Source: an uncultured bacterium (GTDB lineage: Bacteria > Actinomycetota > Acidimicrobiia > Spongiisociales > ZC4RG35). From it: 64,000 nt of DNA. The notes under the pieces were generated by a model. It made no database searches. It was not told the origin of the DNA and worked only from the letters and a program-made list of their open reading frames with translations. Made by a program: the position numbers and the translations under genes. Below, piece after piece: positions 56,542-64,000 of the stretch. How positions within the stretch are numbered: position 1 is the first letter of the stretch; each line of letters begins with the position of its first letter. The stretch is taken from contig CAWBVW010000006.1 in the NCBI GenBank assembly GCA_963792365.1, positions 254,908 to 318,907 of the forward strand, read 5' to 3'.

Positions 56542-57600
56542 GTGACAGCGAACGTCATCGAGTTGAGCGACCGGCGGGAGACCCCAACCTGGGTTCGAAC
56601 ACTGATCGCTTTCATCGGCACCTTGGCGGCAACCGGCGTCTTGGTCTTGGCGCTCGGCGCCAGTCCCGTGCAGGTCGCCAAGGCGATCGTGATCGGCTCG
56701 GTAGGCAACTCGTTCAACATCTCGCAAACCATCATCACAATGGGAATCCTGATCGGCACAGCTCTTGCGGCCGCCATTCCGTTCTCCGCCCGACTGTGGA
56801 ACGTTGGCGGGGAGGGTCAGATGACCTTCGGTGCCATCGCCGCGGCCGTACTTGGCATCGTCCTGCCTGAAGGATGGCCGGCCTGGATCATGATCCCGGC
56901 GGTCATGCTGGGCGCCATGGTGGCAGCTGCCGGGTTCGCCGCCATCCCTGGCTGGCTCAAAGCCCGATGGGATGCCTCCGAGATTGTGACGACGTTGATG
57001 CTCAACTTCGTGGCGGTGAACGTAGCGGCATGGGTCATCTTCGATGTCTTTCCTGAAGGCTTCGTTCAGAAGACCGAGAGCATCCACGCAGCCGCAGAGC
57101 TTCCTCGCCCGATCGAGGGCTGGCTTGTGGACGTCGGGATCATCGCCGCGGTCGTGGCCGCACTATTCGCCTGGTTCGCGGTTCGCCAGACCCGGCTTGG
57201 GTTCTCGATCCGAGCTATCGGCGCCAACGCCCGCGCCTCCAGGCTGGCGGGTATACGGACAGAGCGGGTGACCGTACAGACCTTCTTGCTGGCGGGTGCG
57301 TTCGCGGGACTGGCTGGAGCACTGATCGTCCAGGGAAGGGACCACGCCCTCCTCCAGGATTTCTCGGCGAATGTCGGGTTCGTCGGCATCGGAGTGGCAC
57401 TGGTCGCCCGGTTGCATCCGCTGGCGGTCATCGCCTCGGCGGCACTGTTCAGCGTTCTCCGCGTTGGATCGAACAGCCTCCAGGCGGGAGCCGGGCTGTC
57501 CCCCGTCGTCGGCGAGATGATCATCGCCACGTTCGTCGTACTGCTGATGGTCACCGGAGTGATCAGATTCCGATACCCCGAGGGCGCTGATGCTCACTGA
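56542..57600 (+). CDS. ABC transporter permease (BMP/nucleoside-type importer)
   Basis: WNVGGEGQ, EIVTTLMLNFVA, LGFSIRAIGANARASRLAGI, GFVGIGVALV. Confidence 0.9.
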   Translation: MTANVIELSDRRETPTWVRTLIAFIGTLAATGVLVLALGASPVQVAKAIVIGSVGNSFNISQTIITMGILIGTALAAAIPFSARLWNVGGEGQMTFGAIAAAVLGIVLPEGWPAWIMIPAVMLGAMVAAAGFAAIPGWLKARWDASEIVTTLMLNFVAVNVAAWVIFDVFPEGFVQKTESIHAAAELPRPIEGWLVDVGIIAAVVAALFAWFAVRQTRLGFSIRAIGANARASRLAGIRTERVTVQTFLLAGAFAGLAGALIVQGRDHALLQDFSANVGFVGIGVALVARLHPLAVIASAALFSVLRVGSNSLQAGAGLSPVVGEMIIATFVVLLMVTGVIRFRYPEGADAH

Positions 57601-58519
57601 GGCGCTGCTCATCGCGTTCTTCGTGATCGGAATCCAGCTCATGGTGCCGATCGTGCTGGCCGCGTTGGGAGAGACGATTGTAGAAAAGGCCGGTGTCTTG
57701 AACGTCGGCATCGAAGGAGTGATGCTCATCGGTGCCCTGGCCACGGCGTTCATCGGTATCACTCTGCAGGCTGTCGTCCTAGCGCTTGTGACCGCAGTCG
57801 CGGCCGGCGCGGCGTCGGGCGCCATCCTGGCGTTCCTGTACGTGCGACGCGGCACCGACCAGATCGTGACTGGGTTGATGTTCAACATCTTCGCCGTCGG
57901 TCTAACCGGAACGATTCACTCGCGCTACATGGCGGGCCAGAACGGCGTTACGCTCGATGGGATAGCGATCCCCGGAATCTCCTCGATTCCTTGGGTCGGC
58001 GAGATCGTCTCGAAGCAGAACGCAATGCTGTACATCGCAATAGGGTTGGCACTTGGCGTCTGGTACCTCCTCAATCGCACGTGGTACGGCCTGTATGCAC
58101 GTTCCGCTGGCGAACGACCGATGGCGGCAGAGTCCGGTGGTCTCGATGTCCGCCGGTTGCGATATCCTGCGGTCGTTCTGGGCTGTGCGTTGGCGGCGCT
58201 GGGCGGATCAGCGCTGGTCCTTTCGACCTCCGGTGGTTTCGTACCGGGGATGACCGCCGGGCGCGGCTTCATTGCCATGGGTGTGGTCGTTCTCGCCAAG
58301 TGGCGACCTCGGTGGATCTTCATTCATGCTCTGGGATTCGGCATGACACAGGGACTCCAGTTCCTAGCCGGCCAACTCAGCGCCCTCCAGGCCGTACCCA
58401 GTCAGTTCTGGGTTGCGCTTCCGTATCTGGTGACGGTTCTGGCCGTGGTGTTCGCCCCGGGTTCGCGGTACCCGGCGGCGGTCGGGATCCCGTACCGGCC
58501 CGCAGCCAACGCTGCGTGA
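57590..58519 (+). CDS. ABC transporter permease (BMP/nucleoside-type importer), second subunit
   Basis: EKAGVLNVGIEGVML, RSAGERP, GRGFIAMGVVVLAKW, LPYLVT. Confidence 0.9.
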   Translation: MLTEALLIAFFVIGIQLMVPIVLAALGETIVEKAGVLNVGIEGVMLIGALATAFIGITLQAVVLALVTAVAAGAASGAILAFLYVRRGTDQIVTGLMFNIFAVGLTGTIHSRYMAGQNGVTLDGIAIPGISSIPWVGEIVSKQNAMLYIAIGLALGVWYLLNRTWYGLYARSAGERPMAAESGGLDVRRLRYPAVVLGCALAALGGSALVLSTSGGFVPGMTAGRGFIAMGVVVLAKWRPRWIFIHALGFGMTQGLQFLAGQLSALQAVPSQFWVALPYLVTVLAVVFAPGSRYPAAVGIPYRPAANAA

Positions 58520-58593
58520 TCATGCGGAAGTCCCCGCACTACCCCGCGTTCTCGCAGGCTCGCGACGTTTGCTCTGACTAAAGTCCGTCGAGT

Positions 58594-58613
58594 CATGCTC
58601 TTGAGAGAGCATG
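58594..58613 (+). promoter_or_regulatory. Intercistronic hairpin upstream of the substrate-binding protein gene
   Basis: CATGCTCT-tgag-AGAGCATG, perfect 8-bp stem. Confidence 0.35.
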
Positions 58614-58640
58614 TTCCGTTCACGACTTGGGAGGAAACAC

Positions 58641-59846
58641 ATGCGAGCCAGCCTGGGTCCTCGGACCCTCCGCTTGCCGATCGCGCTATTGGCGCTCGTG
58701 GTTGTGCTAGCCGCCTGCGGCGATGGAGCCGCAGACGAGACGACCGCAGCATCCGAACCATCGACCGGCGACACCACTGCCACGACGGAACCCACAACCG
58801 AAACGACGGCCGGCTCCGGCTCCGACACCACCGTGGCGGCAGGAGGTGACGAATACCGGGTGGCGCTCATCTATCCGGGAACGGCCGACGATCTGTCGTG
58901 GTCGAACGCCTGGTTCGACGGGGCGGAGCAGGCGATGGCGGAGAACCCGAACATCACTGTCGAATCGGTCGAGCTGCTCAATGACCCGGCTGCAGTCGTC
59001 CAGCAGGGCTCTGCATTCGCGTCGCAAGGCTTCGACTTCATCATGATCGCTCATGGCGCCATGGTGGAACCGGCCGTCACGCTGGCTCAGCAGTTCCCCG
59101 ACGTCCAGGTGTGCCTTGCGCCCCACCACCCCGATGGGAGCATCGACCAGCCCGCCAACCTGTGCTGGGTGGATGTCGCGCAGCACAACGCCAACTTCCT
59201 GGCCGGCGCTCTTGCGGCGATGGTGACTGAAACGGGGCACGTTGCGTCGCTGAATGGTTTCGCTTTCCCCGGACTGACGAGACAGCCCGAAGCGTTCGAT
59301 CTCGGTGCCCGATGTGTCAATCCCGAGATCACCTTCACACAGCAGTACATCGAGACCTGGACCGACACCGGCATCTCCAAGTCGGCGGCCCAGGCCCAGA
59401 TCGCCGGCGGGGCGGATGTGATCCTCTCAGCAACAGACAGCGCCGTATTTGGAATCCTCGAGGCTGCCGATGAGGCGTCGAGTCAGGTGTGGGTGGTGCC
59501 CTCGTACTACGAGAGCCAGTCGCTCGATCCCGACCATGTGCTGACCTCGGCGATCCACGGACTCACGTTCGCATCGAAGTCGATGATCGAAATGGCGTCT
59601 GCGGGCGAGATCGGCGACAGCGCGTTCGTCGAGTTCGACGCACTCAATGATCCTGAGATCGACGCACCGCTCTACGACAACATCAAGGCGCTGTTGACGG
59701 CCGAGCAGCTCGCCAAGTACGAGTCGATCGTGGCGGACGTGAAGTCGGGGGCCATCGCCATCCCGGATGAGACGGCCGGCGATGTGACCATCGGCGCCGA
59801 GGGATCGGGAGCCACCGTGGATCTCGCATCCATCGGGTGCGGATGA
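58641..59846 (+). CDS. BMP-family ABC substrate-binding lipoprotein (PnrA/TmpC-like)
   Basis: Lipobox LAAC; DDLSWSNAWFDG, FLAGALAAMVTETGHV, GADVI; GGAGG RBS. Confidence 0.88.
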   Translation: MRASLGPRTLRLPIALLALVVVLAACGDGAADETTAASEPSTGDTTATTEPTTETTAGSGSDTTVAAGGDEYRVALIYPGTADDLSWSNAWFDGAEQAMAENPNITVESVELLNDPAAVVQQGSAFASQGFDFIMIAHGAMVEPAVTLAQQFPDVQVCLAPHHPDGSIDQPANLCWVDVAQHNANFLAGALAAMVTETGHVASLNGFAFPGLTRQPEAFDLGARCVNPEITFTQQYIETWTDTGISKSAAQAQIAGGADVILSATDSAVFGILEAADEASSQVWVVPSYYESQSLDPDHVLTSAIHGLTFASKSMIEMASAGEIGDSAFVEFDALNDPEIDAPLYDNIKALLTAEQLAKYESIVADVKSGAIAIPDETAGDVTIGAEGSGATVDLASIGCG

Positions 59847-59878
59847 CCTGAGATGCACACCGGAGGAGAGGAGCAACT

Positions 59879-60676
59879 GTGAAGACAGAGATGTACTGCT
59901 ACATGGAAGATCGCGACAAGTTGGTCCTCCCCTCCGGTGTCCCCGACTACGACGACGCCTTCGAGAGCTGGCTCGATCCCGGTCACACTGCGGTTCTGGA
60001 GATCGACATGCATCGCGGACATGTCGGGCCCGAAGAGAAGCTCACCCTGGCTGTACCGCGCGCCCGCGAACGCGTAGCGGCGCACGACCGCTTCCAGACC
60101 GAATGCCGCAAGCTCGGCATCCCGATCGTCCACGTGCAGCACTGGCAGCGCCACGGCGGGATCGATGATCTCAACAACCGCAAGCACAACCGTATGGCCA
60201 ACTGGCGCGTTCTATACCACCTCTACGTCGAGGACAACGAACTCATGGACGAGCATTCGTGGGAAGGCACCAAGTGGCTCGATCTCATCACCGAGGAGGA
60301 GGAGGGCGACTACTACATCAGAACCAAGAAGCGACTCTCCGGGTTCTACCCGACCGATCTCGAGTTCCTGCTTCACAACCTCGACGTTCACACCGTGGTG
60401 CTGACTGGCACCATGACCGACGCCTGCGTTCTGTCGACGGCGTTCGATGCAGCCAACCGAGACTTCCGGGTCATCGTTCCTCGTGACATCGTCGGCGGTT
60501 ACTCGGAGGAGGCGGAGCATGGCGCCCTCCAGGTGATCTCGCTGCATCTCGGACTCGTCGTGGACTCTCCAGCCCTCCTCGCCGAGTACTTCGCTCGGAA
60601 GGACATGACGCTGCCCGCCGACCTCGTGGGTATCACGGACATCAATCAGGCCACCGGCACCCACGCCGGGGTGTGA
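59879..60676 (+). CDS. Isochorismatase-family cysteine hydrolase
   Basis: Asp (LEIDMH), Lys (KKRLSGF) and Cys (TDACV) triad; STAFDAANRDF. Confidence 0.92.
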   Translation: MKTEMYCYMEDRDKLVLPSGVPDYDDAFESWLDPGHTAVLEIDMHRGHVGPEEKLTLAVPRARERVAAHDRFQTECRKLGIPIVHVQHWQRHGGIDDLNNRKHNRMANWRVLYHLYVEDNELMDEHSWEGTKWLDLITEEEEGDYYIRTKKRLSGFYPTDLEFLLHNLDVHTVVLTGTMTDACVLSTAFDAANRDFRVIVPRDIVGGYSEEAEHGALQVISLHLGLVVDSPALLAEYFARKDMTLPADLVGITDINQATGTHAGV

Positions 60677-60692
60677 CGAAAGGAGCCAGAAA

Positions 60693-62066
60693 ATGGCAAG
60701 TGACCGACAGGCCGTCTGGGGAGAAGAGCCCAAGCCCCTGATGCCGTACAGCCCGGCCATCAAGGCGGGCGGATGGGTGTTCGTTGCCGGACAGCTGGCA
60801 TCCGACTTCAAATCTGGACTGGCGCCCGAAGCCGGCGGCGATGGACGCAATCAATTCGTCGAGAATCAGCTCGAGATTCAGTCGCGATTCGTGATGAACA
60901 ATCTCCAGCGAACCGTGGCAGCGGCAGGTCTGGACATCGGTTCGGACATCATGCGCATCTACCAGTGGTTCACGTCGCCATACCCAACGATGGACGAGTT
61001 CGCGGACGGGAACACATGGCCGAGGATCTCGATCACACCATATTTGAACACGAGGAACGAGTTCATCTTCGATCCACGCCCCGCCTCGACGGGGATGGGT
61101 ATTCGCGAAACCGGTCTTCTCGTCAAGGACACGATTCTCGAGGTCGATATGATCGGCTTCGACCCGGAAGTCATCCCGGGGCCAAGCACCGGGACATCCG
61201 TCCCGGAGGGCACGCCGTCGCCGCTCGCTGGCTACTCACCGGCCATCAGCCGCGGAGACTGGGTCTTCCTCGCCGGTGAGATTCCGGTTGACTGGACCGG
61301 TGACTGGGGACGGTCTGAGTACTACGGCGCTCCGAGCGGCGTGGCCCTCAAGGCGCGGACTGATCCGAACTTCTGGTACGACTCCGACATCGAGCGCCAA
61401 ACCGATTATGTGCTCGAGAAGCAGGCCGCCATCGCTCAGGCGGCAGGCACGTCGCTCGACCGTGCCGTCAAGGCCACGGTTTACATTGGGCATCCGTCCG
61501 ACTTCGAAGGCATGGACAAGGTCTGGAAGCGCTGGTTCCCCGAGAACCCGCCGGCCCGGGTCGTCATTCCCTACATGGGCCTCGGCGGTCGTGGGAGCCG
61601 CATCGAGGTCGCCTTCAAGCTCCTGGCCGGCGACTCGGATCTGGAGATCGAGACGATTGAGGCCACCGGAGCGCCGCCGGGGCTGGGACACGAGCCGCAG
61701 GCAGTGAAGGCCGGCAAGTTCCTCTTCTTTTCGACCGTGACCCCTGCGAACCACAAGGGCTCGTTGGAGGAGTCGACCAAACGGCATACCAACTTCCCGT
61801 GGTACGGGCAGCCACCAAAATTGCAGATGCGGTACATGCTCGAGAACGTGGCCAAGGTCTGCGAGGCGGCGGGGACGACGCTCGATCAGCTGTGCCGGCG
61901 GCAGGCTTTCCACGACGACTTCGCGTGGTTCGCACAGACCATCGAGGAGTGGGCAGACCACTTCGAGGGTGACAAGCCCGCATCCACGACGCTCGAGATT
62001 GGCGGACCTCTCATCGTGCCCGGCGCCCACGTTCAACTCGACCTCATCGGGTACTGCCCCGACTGA
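60693..62066 (+). CDS. Rid (RidA/YjgF) family protein with three tandem domains
   Basis: Three repeats starting PYSPAIKAGGWVFVAGQ, GYSPAISRGDWVFLAGE and GHEPQAVKAGKFLFFS; 457 aa is about three Rid domains. Confidence 0.88.
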   Translation: MASDRQAVWGEEPKPLMPYSPAIKAGGWVFVAGQLASDFKSGLAPEAGGDGRNQFVENQLEIQSRFVMNNLQRTVAAAGLDIGSDIMRIYQWFTSPYPTMDEFADGNTWPRISITPYLNTRNEFIFDPRPASTGMGIRETGLLVKDTILEVDMIGFDPEVIPGPSTGTSVPEGTPSPLAGYSPAISRGDWVFLAGEIPVDWTGDWGRSEYYGAPSGVALKARTDPNFWYDSDIERQTDYVLEKQAAIAQAAGTSLDRAVKATVYIGHPSDFEGMDKVWKRWFPENPPARVVIPYMGLGGRGSRIEVAFKLLAGDSDLEIETIEATGAPPGLGHEPQAVKAGKFLFFSTVTPANHKGSLEESTKRHTNFPWYGQPPKLQMRYMLENVAKVCEAAGTTLDQLCRRQAFHDDFAWFAQTIEEWADHFEGDKPASTTLEIGGPLIVPGAHVQLDLIGYCPD

Positions 62067-62117
62067 AAGGTTCGGGTCCGGTGCGGACCTCCCGCGCACC
62101 GGACCCGCCCTTCCCCG

Positions 62118-64000
62118 ATGCAAGGCGGTGGCAGCATCCTCGGACACGCGGTCAAGCGGCGGGAGGACCCGGCGCTCGTTACGGGACGTGGTACCTACAT
62201 CGGAGACATGAACCCTCCCGGGATGCTGCACGCCGTATTCGTCCGCTCGCCCATCCCCCATGGAATGGTCTCGCGGATCGACACCGTCCAGGCATTGGAT
62301 GTGCCTGGTGTCGTCGCGGTTTTCGGACCCGACGATCTCGAACTCAACCCGCTCACGCCGTGGAACGTCGACGCTGCGTTCTCGCGACCGCCGCTGGCGA
62401 GGCATGCCCGCTACGTCGGTGATCCTATCGCGGTGGTCATCGCCGAGTCCGAGGCGAGGGCAGTCGATGCCGCGGCCCTCGTCTGGCCGTCCTTCGAAGA
62501 GCTGGAATCCGTGATCGATCCCTTTGAAGCCATGGGGCCGAACGCGCCGCTCTTGTTTCCTGACTATGACACCAACGTTGCGTTGTCCGAAGGACTGAAT
62601 ACCGACACCGACCCGACCGACCACGGTGAGATAGTGGTACGCCACCGGCTCGTCAACCAGCGGCTAGCACCGGTGCCGATGGAGCCCGCTGCGGCTCTCG
62701 TCGTACCCGGTCCGGACGGTCGCATGACCGCTTGGATCGGCACTCAGGATCCATTCGGTGCCCGAGCCGATCTTGCCGCCACCTTGGGTCGCGACCCGGA
62801 GAGCATCAGGGTGGTGGTACCTGCGATCGGTGGAGGATTCGGCGCCAAGGGTGATCTCTACCCGGAGCATGCGGTGGTGGCTGCCGCTGCCAGCGCCCTC
62901 GCACGCCCTGTCCGTTGGCTGGAGCGCCGCGGCGAGAACTTCGTCAACATGGTGCACGGCCGCAACCAAGTCCAGGACATCGCACTCGCCGCCGACCGCG
63001 ATGGACGGATCACTGGGCTGTCCGTCGACATCGTCGCCGACGTTGGTGCCTATCCGGGAGTGGCGACGTGGCTCCCTCGCTATACCGTCGAGATGGCCAG
63101 TGGTACCTACCGCATTCCCGAGATCCGAGTCCAGTTCACCAGTGTGGCGACCAACACCACGCCGGCAGGGCCATATCGGGGAGCCGGTCGGCCGGAAGCA
63201 ACCCAGATGATCGAGCGGATGATGGATCTGCTCGCCGGCGAAGTCGATCTCGACCCCGTCGAGTTGCGGCGGCGCAATCTCATCCCACGTTTCGAGGAAC
63301 CACACATCACCGCATCGGGCGCCATCTACGACTCCGGGGACTACGAGGCGGCGCTCGAGGCGTTGCTGGCAACTGCGGAATACGGGACATGGATGGCCGA
63401 ACGCGACCGTCGCCGCAGAGCGGGATCGAGCCATCCCATCGGCGTCGGGGTCTCGACGTACGTCGAGGTGACCGTAGGCAAGACGCCCGACCATGACCAC
63501 GCCACAGTCAGGGTGCTTTCGGACGGAATCATCGAAGCCAGATGCGGTGGATCATCGCATGGCCAGGGCCACCAAACGGCGTTCGCGATGATCGTGGCGG
63601 ATCGGTTCGACGTGCCCGTCGAGCGCGTCGACGTGATCCAGTCCGACACCGACCTGGTGCCGCGCGGTGGAGGCACGTACGCCTCGCGGACGCTCCAGCT
63701 CGCTGGAAGCTCGCTGCTCCTCGCCTCTGACGACGTGATCGAGGACGCACGACGAGCGGCAGCAGATGAGTTGGAAGCAGCCCCGCAAGACCTGGTGGTC
63801 CTCCCCGGCGTCGGCCTCGGGGTTGTCGGAGATCCTGGCTCGTTGATCACTTGGGGAGAAATCGCCATGCTGATCGAGTCGGGGGGTGACGAACTCAGCC
63901 GGTCCCGCGATGAGCGACAGGGCGCGAGCACCTACCCCTTCGGAGCTCATCTCGCGGTCGTCGAGGTGGATGTTGACACCGGATGGTGCAGGTTGGTGAC
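62118..64000 (+). CDS. Molybdenum hydroxylase large subunit (xanthine dehydrogenase / form II CoxL-like); 3' end outside window
   Basis: Open frame from ATG 62118 to the edge: KRREDPALVTGRG, IGGGFGAK, PYRGAGRPEA, HGQGHQT, TYASR, TYPFGAH. Confidence 0.92.
   Translation, partial: MQGGGSILGHAVKRREDPALVTGRGTYIGDMNPPGMLHAVFVRSPIPHGMVSRIDTVQALDVPGVVAVFGPDDLELNPLTPWNVDAAFSRPPLARHARYVGDPIAVVIAESEARAVDAAALVWPSFEELESVIDPFEAMGPNAPLLFPDYDTNVALSEGLNTDTDPTDHGEIVVRHRLVNQRLAPVPMEPAAALVVPGPDGRMTAWIGTQDPFGARADLAATLGRDPESIRVVVPAIGGGFGAKGDLYPEHAVVAAAASALARPVRWLERRGENFVNMVHGRNQVQDIALAADRDGRITGLSVDIVADVGAYPGVATWLPRYTVEMASGTYRIPEIRVQFTSVATNTTPAGPYRGAGRPEATQMIERMMDLLAGEVDLDPVELRRRNLIPRFEEPHITASGAIYDSGDYEAALEALLATAEYGTWMAERDRRRRAGSSHPIGVGVSTYVEVTVGKTPDHDHATVRVLSDGIIEARCGGSSHGQGHQTAFAMIVADRFDVPVERVDVIQSDTDLVPRGGGTYASRTLQLAGSSLLLASDDVIEDARRAAADELEAAPQDLVVLPGVGLGVVGDPGSLITWGEIAMLIESGGDELSRSRDERQGASTYPFGAHLAVVEVDVDTGWCRLV

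Noticed and set aside
61236-63931. Minus-strand ORFs over the Rid and Mo-hydroxylase genes
   Set aside because: Shadows; the true plus-strand frame from 62118 is missing from the ORF track only because it has no stop inside the window.

Overview
High-GC actinobacterial DNA, probably class Acidimicrobiia (inferred from WhiB, F420-dependent PPOX enzymes and SLH-domain proteins). (1) About 0.75-12.4 kb is a genomic island integrated at tRNA-Pro(CGG). It is bounded by a 47-bp exact duplication of the tRNA 3' half and carries excisionase and tyrosine integrase genes, an IS110-family element and three toxin-antitoxin systems. The most striking signal is inside it. Accessory genes, singly or in small units (TA pairs, SMI1/KNR4 immunity protein, deaminase, esterase, regulator unit), are separated by six clear and two degenerate co-oriented copies of a ~71-bp structured repeat, CCGMWC-N6-GTGCCGMT...GGTGATCGGCG. 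This looks like a gene-cassette array but lacks canonical integron attC ends and an IntI. (2) About 12.4-52 kb is mostly core or ordinary genes: CNNM/HlyC, NfeD, WhiB, truncated globin, recC-recB-recD, PPOX enzymes, SLH protein, antiporter, SixA, ABC exporter and a PhoX-like protein. Several proteins here appear to have lost catalytic residues (CHAT-TPR, SNase-like, beta-lactamase-like, NfeD). (3) About 52-64 kb is a putative N-heterocycle (purine, pyrimidine or methylated nucleoside) catabolic cluster: cyclase, DMT, nitrilase, bicupin, Rieske oxygenase, BMP-type ABC importer, isochorismatase-family hydrolase, a three-domain Rid protein and a molybdenum hydroxylase large subunit cut by the window edge. 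Several genes carry single-base frameshifts in short homopolymers, which may be sequencing or assembly errors. All assignments come from motif reading; no searches were run.
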